Assembly (NCBI GenBank): GCA_963817895.1
Contig: CAWFQB010000004.1
Coordinates: 896,001-960,000, forward strand
DNA: 64,000 nucleotides
From: an uncultured Chthonomonadaceae bacterium
Lineage (GTDB): Bacteria > Armatimonadota > Chthonomonadetes > Chthonomonadales > Chthonomonadaceae
Reading direction: 5' to 3'
Shown here: one piece after another, positions 30,882 to 39,642 of the stretch
Layout of the letters: the number at the start of each line of letters is the position of its first letter
Numbering within the stretch: position 1 is the stretch's first letter
Position numbers and translations under genes: made by a program
Notes under the pieces: model-generated
Databases searched by the model: none
The model's input: only the letters and a program-made list of their open reading frames with translations
What the model was told of the DNA's origin: nothing

Positions 30882-31067
30882 ACAACCTGCGAACGTAGGC
30901 AGAAGCATCTTTGATTTACAACGAAATGAATTTCTTTGCTATGGGGCGTACCGCCCAATGTCCGCCTGCGTGGACACATTTGCTCTGTATGGCGACTCCG
31001 CTGTCGAAGATGCTTGAACGTTTAAGCAGAGATTAGCCTGTGTTCAAAGCGCAACGCCACCAATTTA

Positions 31068-31113
31068 GCCTTCTACCAGAATGGGAGAAGGTGGCCGGAG
31101 GCCGGATGAGGGC
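31068..31113. repeat. REP-like element
   Basis: CCTTCTACC-AGAAT-GGGAGAAGG-TGGCCGGAGGCCGGATGAGGG, same architecture as 7050. Confidence 0.55.
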
Positions 31114-31545
31114 GCAGAGTTGACAACCCAAACCAGATTGCCGGTAACAAGAGGAATTGGGCTGCTGTCGACGGTCGCGCTGGTAATTAGCGCGTTTCTA
31201 TCCGGCAAGCATAGCGCGGGGCCGGGATGCGTGTTCCGCCGCGCCTTCCACATTCCCTGTCCCGGCTGCGGCCTGACGCGCAGCTTCGCCGCCCTCTGGC
31301 ACGGCAACTTATCCGCCTCGTTTCACTTTCACCCACTGGGTTTGCCGTTGTTCGCGCTGATGGCAATGGGCGCAGGCGTGTGGCTGTTCCGTAATGCTAC
31401 GCCCGGTATGCGGCGAGTCGCAGAACAATGGGAAAATGAAATGGTTCAGCCGCGTGTTTGGATGACGCTGCTGGCGATCTGGTTGGGGGTATGGGTAGCG
31501 CGATTGGTATGGGCAAAAGCGGGCAATGGCGGGTACTGGTGGTGA
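31081..31545 (+). CDS. DUF2752 family membrane protein (true start probably ~31120)
   Basis: C.FR..F.IPCPGCGLTRS..AL.HG....S..FHPLG. Confidence 0.88.
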   Translation: MGEGGRRPDEGAELTTQTRLPVTRGIGLLSTVALVISAFLSGKHSAGPGCVFRRAFHIPCPGCGLTRSFAALWHGNLSASFHFHPLGLPLFALMAMGAGVWLFRNATPGMRRVAEQWENEMVQPRVWMTLLAIWLGVWVARLVWAKAGNGGYWW

Positions 31546-31559
31546 CATTGGCGGCGAAT

Positions 31560-33302
31560 GTGAAGACACGATACAGCAGGGCAGCGCGAACGCGCAGAAG
31601 GATAGGGCTTGTCGGCGCGGCCTGCCTGTCGGCATTGTCGGGCTGTCACCGTTCGGCAACCAGTGTCGCGCCCCTTTCCGCAAAAACTGCCGCGCCCGTA
31701 TTCGCGCCTGCCCAGCCGACTATCACACAGGAACCGCTTCCGTTGGAACATCGAACGCGCGAACAGCGCGAGTCGGGCCTTTTCGCTTCCATGCGCAAGC
31801 GCGTGTGGGGAAGGCGGGCGTCCCTGCCCGACATACGCCGGATAGCAACTGACGTGTACCCGTTGATTGGCGAGGCCGCGCGGCAGCCACAGGTCACGCC
31901 CTATCTGCAATCTCTTGCGAATGACAACGGCCTGACGCTGGAACAGGCGCGCGAAAAGTGGATTTCCATTGAGGAGGCCGACCTGCTGCTGGAAGCGGGC
32001 GGCAATCCCGAAGACGTGTCTTCAGCGGGCGCGACGGGCGTGGCGCAGTGGATGCCCAACATTGCGCGGGAACAGGGCTTGCATATAGACCTTGCCCGTT
32101 CCCGGCAGCTAACCCGCCAAATTGACGCCCTGAACTGGCGTATCGCATGGCTGACCTACCTTGCCCTCCCGGATGCCGACCCGAACGCGCCCGGAAAGCC
32201 TGTGTTTTCGCCCGCTGATTCTGCGAGTTTGCCTGCCTTGCGGCAGGAACGCGAAATGTTGCGCGCGCAACGCCTACAGTTCGATGACCGGTACGACCCG
32301 GGCAAAGCCATTTTCGCCCACGCCCGCTACCTGCTTCGATTGTACGCGAAGTTTCCACAGCCCGACTGGATATTTCAGGCATATCATGGCGGGGAGTGGG
32401 GCGCGAAAAAGGAAATTTGGTATTACCTCGGCCAAAAGCCGACTTCCTACGCCGACGCAATTCGTACGGGAAAGGAGGGGCAGACGCTGACGTATGAGGA
32501 TGTGTATTTCGGCATCACGCCCGTTGCGCATGTACCCGCGTTCCGCTATATTTATGGCCGGGGCGACGATCACCGGCACTACTGGTGGAAACTGCGTTCG
32601 TCGCAGCAAGCCCTTGCCATGTACCACCAAGACCCTGCCGCGTTTGAACAGGAGTGGACGCGCCTGTTGCCGGGACGCCGCACCGAAGCCGTCTGGTATC
32701 CTGACGCGCCTGCCCACGCCATTGCCGATCTGGACGCCCTGAAAGCCGCGCAGGGGAAAGGCTTGCTGCCCGTCGCGTCGGCGGTAAACTTGATTGCGCG
32801 TCCCGCTCCGCTGGATACCGCGAACGCCCCTTTGTACGCCGCGCTTCAGCCCGCCGCAAAAGGCGCGTTGCTGCTGGCAGTCGAAGCCTACAAACGGGCG
32901 GGCGGTAAAACGCCCCTGACGGTTGGCGACATGACCCTGACGCCGGAATACAGCGCGCGGCAGAAAGCCCTGCACCCGCCCAAACCCTCTTTATTACCTG
33001 TTTATCCGCCCGATCCCGACTTGAAAACTCTGCCGGGTGGCGGCCCGCCCCCCGATTTCGATTACCACACGACGGGATTAGCCGCCGACATTCTCGCGCC
33101 CAAAACCAAATGGGAACGCGAAATACTGGAATACGCGCTGGCGTATCTGGAGGAGCGGCAAATCGTCGCCGTCACGGAAGCGAAGGACTACAGCGCACCC
33201 CGCTACCATCTCGTACCCAACCCCCGCTACGCCGACGCTCTCAATAAAATCGGGCAAACCGGAACACCTGCGACACAAACGCTACAGTTCAACGACCTGT
33301 AA
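31560..33302 (+). CDS. Putative lipoprotein with lytic transglycosylase (SLT-like) domain and C-terminal peptidase-like (DUF5715-like) domain
   Basis: LSALSGC lipobox; LLEAGGNP..VSSAGATGVAQWMP and AYH.GE (SLT motifs); HTTGLAADI...YHLV (H-x6-D...H). Confidence 0.65.
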   Translation: MKTRYSRAARTRRRIGLVGAACLSALSGCHRSATSVAPLSAKTAAPVFAPAQPTITQEPLPLEHRTREQRESGLFASMRKRVWGRRASLPDIRRIATDVYPLIGEAARQPQVTPYLQSLANDNGLTLEQAREKWISIEEADLLLEAGGNPEDVSSAGATGVAQWMPNIAREQGLHIDLARSRQLTRQIDALNWRIAWLTYLALPDADPNAPGKPVFSPADSASLPALRQEREMLRAQRLQFDDRYDPGKAIFAHARYLLRLYAKFPQPDWIFQAYHGGEWGAKKEIWYYLGQKPTSYADAIRTGKEGQTLTYEDVYFGITPVAHVPAFRYIYGRGDDHRHYWWKLRSSQQALAMYHQDPAAFEQEWTRLLPGRRTEAVWYPDAPAHAIADLDALKAAQGKGLLPVASAVNLIARPAPLDTANAPLYAALQPAAKGALLLAVEAYKRAGGKTPLTVGDMTLTPEYSARQKALHPPKPSLLPVYPPDPDLKTLPGGGPPPDFDYHTTGLAADILAPKTKWEREILEYALAYLEERQIVAVTEAKDYSAPRYHLVPNPRYADALNKIGQTGTPATQTLQFNDL

Positions 33303-33339
33303 CTCCGCGCTTCAACTCATTGAAAGGTTTTGGCAGTCT

Positions 33340-34968
33340 ATGAAATGCGCTTTACCTCTGCTGTTAGCCGCTTGTCTGATGACGCTTTGCGCAGCATTGG
33401 CGCAGGCGGATGATCTGCTGAACGGGCTGGCGCGTCCACAGGAGGGGCGCAGTATGCGGGCCACGTCCACGTTCCGCGAGGGGCAGGACGGCAAGTACGA
33501 CCCGCGCGCCGACCCGAAAAGCGACAGGGAAGAAAAAAGCAACTGGGACAACTTTCGGGTTGCGCCGGGGGATACGCATGTCCTGATGGACGTGAAAGGG
33601 CCGGGACTGATTACCCATATCTGGCTGACGTTTCTCGGCCCGGAAGTTCAGCAATGGGCGAAAAACGGCTCGGCCAATCATCAGGAGATGCTGCTGCGCA
33701 TCTATTGGGACGGCAATTCGCGCCCGGGCGTGGAAGCGCCGGTCGGGGATTTCTTCGCGGGGTGTTTTGGCAGGCGCAGCGAGGTAATCAGCCTTCCCGT
33801 GCAGGTTCCCAATGGCGACGCTTACAACTGTTTCTGGCAAATGCCGTTCCGCAAATCTGCCCGCGTCGAGATTGTCAACCAGAGCGACAAGGCTATCAAC
33901 CTGCTGTACTACAACATTGATTGGATACAAAAGAAGAGCCTGCCCCGCGATATACCGTACTTTTATGCGCAGTACCGGCAGGAATACCCGGCGCAATCAG
34001 GCAGGGATTACGTGCTGCTGGATACGAAGGGGAAAGGGCATTACGTCGGCACGGTTTTGGCGGTACGGACGCGCAGCCCCGCGTGGTTCGGGGAGGGGGA
34101 CGAGAAAATCTATCTGGACGGCGAACCCAAACCCTCCATACAGGGAACCGGAACCGAGGATTACTTTCTGTCCGCGTGGGGCTTGAAGAAGACCAGTACG
34201 CCGTTTTTCGGCGTCCCGTATTTCGATCAATGGGGGATTGTGGGCGGGCATACGAGCGCGTACCGCTGGCATCTCAACGACCCGATTGTGTTCAGCAAGG
34301 GCATTAAAGTGACGCTGGAACACTGGGGCTGGATGTCGCCCGACGAGAACCCGGATTACAAAAGCACCAGTTGGAACGAGCGCGAAGACGATTATGCCAG
34401 TGTCGCTTTCTGGTATCAAACCGGGCAGCCGACATTCGACGCCCGCGCCCCTCATGCCCACGAACGCAAACTCCCCTCACTGGAACGTGTTATCGCGTAT
34501 GCCCGCGATTACGCCGATATAGCGCATCACGGGCCAGGTGAAACCGTGAAGCAGCCCCTCGCCTTTTATGATGGTTCCCAACTGCTGCTGAAACCGGAAA
34601 CCGAAAAAGACGGCTGGCTGGAAATTCCGTTCGAGGTGACAAAACAAGAGCCGCTGCGACTGTTGCTCAACATGACACGTTCCTACGACTTCGGCAAATA
34701 TCAGGCGTCCCTCAACGGCGTCAAACTCGGAAGTGTGATAGACCTGTACAACGCAAGTATCAGCAACGAAGAGGTTCATCTGCTGGATTTCTGGCCCACG
34801 CCCGGACACTACACCCTGCGGCTTGAATGTGTCGGCAAAAACCCACTGTCAGGCGGCAACTATCTCGGCCTCGAATCCGTCCGCCTGCGCGAACGCCGCC
34901 CCCGCGTCACAGAATACGCGCACGATAAAACCAAAGACTGGAAGCAAAAACAGGAATTGTACAACTGA
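33340..34968 (+). CDS. Secreted DUF2961 (GH172-like) glycoside hydrolase
   Basis: Signal peptide; GPG.ITHIW.T, LRIYWDG...P.VEAPVGDFF, MPF.KSA, WFGEGDE, GTGTEDYF, AYRWH..DPI.F. Confidence 0.88.
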   Translation: MKCALPLLLAACLMTLCAALAQADDLLNGLARPQEGRSMRATSTFREGQDGKYDPRADPKSDREEKSNWDNFRVAPGDTHVLMDVKGPGLITHIWLTFLGPEVQQWAKNGSANHQEMLLRIYWDGNSRPGVEAPVGDFFAGCFGRRSEVISLPVQVPNGDAYNCFWQMPFRKSARVEIVNQSDKAINLLYYNIDWIQKKSLPRDIPYFYAQYRQEYPAQSGRDYVLLDTKGKGHYVGTVLAVRTRSPAWFGEGDEKIYLDGEPKPSIQGTGTEDYFLSAWGLKKTSTPFFGVPYFDQWGIVGGHTSAYRWHLNDPIVFSKGIKVTLEHWGWMSPDENPDYKSTSWNEREDDYASVAFWYQTGQPTFDARAPHAHERKLPSLERVIAYARDYADIAHHGPGETVKQPLAFYDGSQLLLKPETEKDGWLEIPFEVTKQEPLRLLLNMTRSYDFGKYQASLNGVKLGSVIDLYNASISNEEVHLLDFWPTPGHYTLRLECVGKNPLSGGNYLGLESVRLRERRPRVTEYAHDKTKDWKQKQELYN

Positions 34969-34983
34969 GGAAATGAAGGTCAG

Positions 34984-35676
34984 ATGATGACGAACGCGGA
35001 ACTGTTTGCCTTTCTATTTGCGGATTTTGATACGACAGCGGCAGAACGGCTTACGCTCTGGATTCTGCAATCCCGACGCTTTCAGTCCTTTGTTGTGGCG
35101 AACCGCGATAAAATACGCAAGAAACTTCGCATCGCCACGACCTCTGAAAGCCTGCATAGTCTCCTGTTGGAACTTGACATTGCCCGCCATTTTAGCGCCG
35201 ACAGTAATTGTACGGTGGAATACGAGAAATTTGTACAAAGCAAGCAACGCAATCCTGATCTAACGGTGGCGTATCGCATTCATACGCGATTTAACCTGGA
35301 AGCGACGTGTGTGCGAATCGCCGAAGGTCAAACTGACAAATTAGGCCGCATCGTCGGTGAGAAAATAGGGCAGTTGATTCCTGAAATGCTCAACCTGCTG
35401 GTACTGTCATCTGGGAACGATTCGCTTAATCAAGAGCATGTGAACGCCGCGATGATGAGGCTGAAGCAACAGGCAGAACAACGCGATCCAGAACTCCTAA
35501 CTCGAACAGGTTTCAAAGACCCGAGGGGTTTCTTCAAGCAGTTTCAATGGCTGAACGGCATTATTCTATGGCATTCTCATGAGCAGGCGCAGAGTTCACC
35601 AATCCTCGCATGGATCAATCCGCAGGCTCGATACTGTTTGCCAGCCGAGGTTCACCTGCTGCTGAGATCGAGATAG
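34984..35676 (+). CDS. Hypothetical protein, possible PD-(D/E)XK-like fold
   Basis: Intact 230-aa ORF; EL..A...YE......PDL........EAT pattern. Confidence 0.55.
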   Translation: MMTNAELFAFLFADFDTTAAERLTLWILQSRRFQSFVVANRDKIRKKLRIATTSESLHSLLLELDIARHFSADSNCTVEYEKFVQSKQRNPDLTVAYRIHTRFNLEATCVRIAEGQTDKLGRIVGEKIGQLIPEMLNLLVLSSGNDSLNQEHVNAAMMRLKQQAEQRDPELLTRTGFKDPRGFFKQFQWLNGIILWHSHEQAQSSPILAWINPQARYCLPAEVHLLLRSR

Positions 35677-35760
35677 CCTGTTCGGTAGACAACCATCAAG
35701 TCATGAGTTTGTGGGCCAAACTGGCCTCTGCTCTGGCGTTAAAATAAATACTGGTCTGCT

Positions 35761-36015
35761 TCATCTGTACGTGTACTTCTTCTGAATCTCAAGGGGGCCA
35801 ATCCAGGAATACAGCGTGAGGTCAATAGTCGCCATAGAACCGATTGGATTTGATCGGCGTTGCGGAACTGAGCAATATCGAAATGAAACATGCGAGAGAC
35901 GATACCCGTGCTGCGACCTGTCATGAACTTCCCATAGCGGGAAAATCAGACACAGGCCAATGACGTTCAGCCAGAAAAATTTGCGCCGATTTGAGACATT
36001 AGAACCGTTTTGCAT
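35761..36015 (-). CDS. Small hypothetical membrane protein
   Basis: One TM segment (FFWLNVIGLCLIFPLW); no family recognised. Confidence 0.35.
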   Translation of the reverse strand: MQNGSNVSNRRKFFWLNVIGLCLIFPLWEVHDRSQHGYRLSHVSFRYCSVPQRRSNPIGSMATIDLTLYSWIGPLEIQKKYTYR

Positions 36016-36094
36016 AGTTTTTACTCTTGCTGTAGTCTTTCCGTAAGGCGTCAAACGTGTATCGTCTCATCGTGTTTGCCCTTCTTCCTCGCGC

Positions 36095-36937
36095 TTACTT
36101 ATCAACCTGTTCGGAGTACGCGAGATTTTGGCGGGCGAAGGTGAAGGGAGTCGGGCTGATGTCCAATCCCTGATCGGCATCCGTAAAGCTGGAATTATCA
36201 ATCGTCCACATATTGACCGGATTGCTGACGGTGGATTTGTTGCCGGGGTCTATGATGTTCATCGTGGCGGAAGGCTTCATAGCCTTGACATGCCCGTCCA
36301 TGAACCAGAAGTGACTCAGGCCGTTATGTCCCGCGAAAATATGGCCGTTCCATCCGGTCGCGTTGGTGTCGTGCATGGCCCCGGATGTATTATCTACGAT
36401 ACGCGCATTGACGAATACATCGCTGTAGTAGGCCGTTGCCTCACCCATGCCAATGGTCTGCGCGGGGGATTGGATACGCGCCAGCATCACATCGCCTAAA
36501 TGCCGATTGCAGATGCCGCCGACGCCATTGGCGTCGTTATTGTTGAGCGCATACGAGATATGCACGTCCGACGGGTCATTGCCGGTTTCGGGATTGGCTT
36601 TGCTCAATAGCCTGTTATTGGAATTGGAAGGGCAGGTGGAAACAGCGCCATTTTTAATGTAAGGCTGAACGTCTTTGCGCCATGACGTAAGTTCGGCATC
36701 GTTCTGGCGGCGCGGCTGCGTCTCGTCGTAATCCTGCATGTAACTCAGGAGCGCGGCCCCAACCTGGCGCATGTTGGACGCGCAGGACGCGCCCCGCGCT
36801 GCCTCTCTCGCCTTTCCAAAGACGGGAAACAGCAGCGCGGCCAGCAGCGTCACAATGGCGATTACGACAAGCAGTTCAACCAGAGTAAACGCAGGTCGGC
36901 GGGAATAGCAGAAGGGGCGCAAAGATTTTATCCTCAT
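36095..36937 (-). CDS. Prepilin-type N-terminal cleavage / DUF1559 / H-X9-DG protein
   Basis: [38 protein letters not shown]...Y.QDYDE; C-terminal [15 protein letters not shown]. Confidence 0.93.
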   Translation of the reverse strand: MRIKSLRPFCYSRRPAFTLVELLVVIAIVTLLAALLFPVFGKAREAARGASCASNMRQVGAALLSYMQDYDETQPRRQNDAELTSWRKDVQPYIKNGAVSTCPSNSNNRLLSKANPETGNDPSDVHISYALNNNDANGVGGICNRHLGDVMLARIQSPAQTIGMGEATAYYSDVFVNARIVDNTSGAMHDTNATGWNGHIFAGHNGLSHFWFMDGHVKAMKPSATMNIIDPGNKSTVSNPVNMWTIDNSSFTDADQGLDISPTPFTFARQNLAYSEQVDK

Positions 36938-37133
36938 CAATTTGTATAACCTTGCAGGGTAACCTCTGCTATTCTGGACGAAATTTAACGCGTCCGGTTT
37001 CATGACCTCGCTTGCTTTTTGAATAACGTTGGGATAAACTCTTGAGCCATGTCCTGTGAAAACAGGAGGCAGCCACATGGACGCGCGCAGACAGCAACTC
37101 AGGCAACTCTACGGGTTCGATTTTCCCGATTTT

Positions 37134-37158
37134 CGGTATTTGGTATTTGGTGTTCGGT
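37134..37158 (-). repeat. Heptamer array (CCGAACA family, reverse strand)
   Basis: CGGTATTTGGTATTTGGTGTTCGGT. Confidence 0.65.
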
Positions 37159-37358
37159 TGATAGCTTTGTCGCGCTCAAACAAATTTGTAGTCGGCGCGA
37201 CGTAAATTGTCGGCGCGATTCTACACGTTCCACGCCGCGTACAATGCGCGCGGCGCATAACGAAATTCCCGTTTATCCTGTTCCGCATTTTAGGGGCTGT
37301 ATAGAGTGAAAGCATAAGGGTAGCAAATTGCTCCTGATTCTTAATACAGGAAACGCGC

Positions 37359-37950
37359 ATGAACCTGATTGTTGTGTTTGGGCCGCCCGCTGTGGGTAAA
37401 ATGACGGTTGGGCAGGAGATTGCCCGTTTGACCGGCTACAAGCTGTTTCACAACCATATCACGCTGGATATGGTGACGCCCCTGTTTCCCTTCGGGACGC
37501 CGGAGTGTCGGCAACTGGTGCGCGAACTGCGAACGCGCATCATCGCCCACGCCGCGCAAAGCAGCCTGCCCGGTCTTAATCTTCACCTACAATTGGGCGC
37601 TGGACTTTGATCCCGACCGCGAGTTCATGGATGAACTGCGCGAACTGGTAGCGGCAAACGGCGGCAATACCTGGTACGTGGAACTGGAAGCCGATTTCGA
37701 CGAACGCCTGCGCCGCAACCGAACCCCCCAACGTCAACAATGCAAAAATTACGGCGACATGGACGCGCTGGAAACCACCCTCCGCCAGTGGCAGACAGAA
37801 TACAAACTGAACTCCCAAAACGATTTTTTCTATCCCCACCAGCATGTTAAAATCAACAACACGCGCCTGTCGCCGGACTGTGTCGCCGCGCGGGTGGCGG
37901 GGGCGTTTGACCTCACCCCCGGCCCCTCTCCTTGCCGCGCAACGCGCTAG
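37359..37950 (+). CDS. P-loop kinase (AAA/shikimate kinase-like; frameshift near 37580)
   Basis: FGPPAVGKMTVG, LFHNH, VELEADFDERL.RN.T..R. Confidence 0.85.
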
Positions 37951-37960
37951 GAGAGGGGAG
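37911..37960. repeat. REP-like palindrome overlapping the kinase 3' end
   Basis: CCTCACCCCCGGCCCCTCTCCT...AGGAGAGGGGAG; 41 bp identical to 29951-29991. Confidence 0.85.
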
Positions 37961-38098
37961 AACGTTATTGTAAACCTTCCCTACTCTTGAAGCGCGTTTT
38001 TCTTGTTGCCTTGCTACGGCAACGTAGCGACGTTTGCAATCGTATGGATTTATACGTAACGTACAGTCCTATGCTGATTATGAGGAGTATCTGCCGCG

Positions 38099-38773
38099 AT
38101 GACCGCAACTGCCGCTCTGGAAGATGCTGTTGAGTTTGCTGAAAACCCCGAACCCCGTTGCCCCTGCGTTCTGCTGCTGGATACGTCCGGTTCCATGAAC
38201 GGCGCGCCGCTGCAAGCCCTCAATGAGGGCCTGCAATCCTTCAAAACGGAAATCGTCAAGGACGGGCTGGCGTCGCGCCGGGTGGAAATCGCGGTTGTCA
38301 CCTTCAACAACGAGATCGCCGTGGAACAGGATTTTGTAACCGCCGACCAGTTTGCGCCCCCGACCCTGACGGCGCGGGGCATGACGCACATGGGCGCGGC
38401 GATCAACAAGGCGCTGGACATGGTACAGGCGCGAAAATCGCAGTACCGGGCCAATGGAGTCGCGTATTACCGCCCCTGGGTGTTTCTGATTACGGATGGC
38501 GCCCCACAGGGCGAACCGGAAGATTTGGTCACGCAGGCCGCGCAGCGCATCAAGGCGGATGAAGCGGCAAAGCGGGTGGCGTTCTTCGCGGTGGGCGTGG
38601 AAAACGCGGATATGGATCGCCTCGCCCAACTCGCCGTTCGCGCGCCCGTGAAACTCAAAGGCTTGAATTTTGTCGAGATGTTCGTGTGGCTGTCCGCCAG
38701 TATGCAGAGAATCTCGCAGTCGCAGGTAGATGAGCAGGTCGCCCTGCCGCCGCCGGGATGGGGGACGGTGTAG
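38099..38773 (+). CDS. TerY/YegL-family vWA domain protein
   Basis: NPEPRCPCVLLLDTSGSM (MIDAS), T.MG.AI, YYRPWVFLITDG.P, F.WLS.S. Confidence 0.93.
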   Translation: MTATAALEDAVEFAENPEPRCPCVLLLDTSGSMNGAPLQALNEGLQSFKTEIVKDGLASRRVEIAVVTFNNEIAVEQDFVTADQFAPPTLTARGMTHMGAAINKALDMVQARKSQYRANGVAYYRPWVFLITDGAPQGEPEDLVTQAAQRIKADEAAKRVAFFAVGVENADMDRLAQLAVRAPVKLKGLNFVEMFVWLSASMQRISQSQVDEQVALPPPGWGTV

Positions 38774-38775
38774 GC

Positions 38776-39539
38776 ATGATGGATTGGAAGGTTGTGGCGG
38801 CTTCCGTTGCGGGCGTGAGCCATGCGAAAACGGGCTTGCCGTGTCAGGACGCGCACGGCGTGAAGCAACTGACCGGGGGCGGGCTGATTGTGGCGGTTGC
38901 GGATGGGGCCGGGTCAGCGGCTTTGGCGGAAGTGGGCGCGCGAATTGCGGTTGAGGTGAGCGTACAAACATTGGAACTGCGGATGCTGGTAGCTCATGGA
39001 GCAAACGCGCAGATCAGCGGTGACGACTTGAAGGACGTGTTGGCGGCGGTACAGTTGGCATTGGAAGCGGAAGCACAGGCGCGACAGGAACCCCTCCGCG
39101 AACTGGCGACAACCCTGCTTCTCGCGGCTGTGTCTGCCGAACAATTGCCGTGCTGCAGGTGGGCGACGGGGCGGTTGTCGCTATCAACGCGCGACAGGAA
39201 CTTTTCGCTCTTACCGTTCCCCCGGACGCCGAGTACGCCAACGCCACCACCTTTGTCACCTCGCCCGATGCCTTAGAATCGGCGCAAATCATCCTGCAAA
39301 CCCTTCCCATCTCCGCGCTTGCCCTGTTTTCGGACGGCTTGCAGCGCCTCGCTCTGAAACTGCCCGAAGGCACTCCTCACGCGCCGTTTTTTACGCCCCT
39401 GTTTGCGTTTGCAGCCGGAATGGAGGACCAAACGCAGGGCGCATCCCAACTCACGGCTTTCCTCCGTTCCCCACGCATTGCCGAACGCGCCGACGATGAT
39501 TTGACATTGGTTTTGGCCGTGAGAGGAGATACGAGATAA
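38776..39539 (+). CDS. PP2C-family phosphatase (YegK/TerY-P type; frameshift near 39148)
   Basis: ASVAGVSH......CQD, AVADGAGSA, ATTLL, QVGDG, EYAN.T.F, FSDGL, DDDLTL. Confidence 0.92.
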
Positions 39540-39635
39540 GAGATACGAGATGCGAGTAAATGCTCTCACTGCCAGTATCGCGCAGAGTACGCAGTTTGCT
39601 TGTACCTCGTATCTCGTATCTCGTATCTCGTATCT
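39526..39635. repeat. Inverted heptamer arrays (GAGATAC / GTATCTC) between PP2C and kinase
   Basis: GAGATACGAGATAAGAGATACGAGATGCGAG...CTCGTATCTCGTATCTCGTATCTCGTATCT; the PP2C stop TAA lies inside the array. Confidence 0.85.
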
Positions 39636-39642
39636 AAACCCT

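Noticed and set aside
37191..37218. Direct repeat GTCGGCGCGA x2 in a divergent promoter region
   Set aside because: There are only two GC-rich copies, which could be chance, and no regulator can be assigned.
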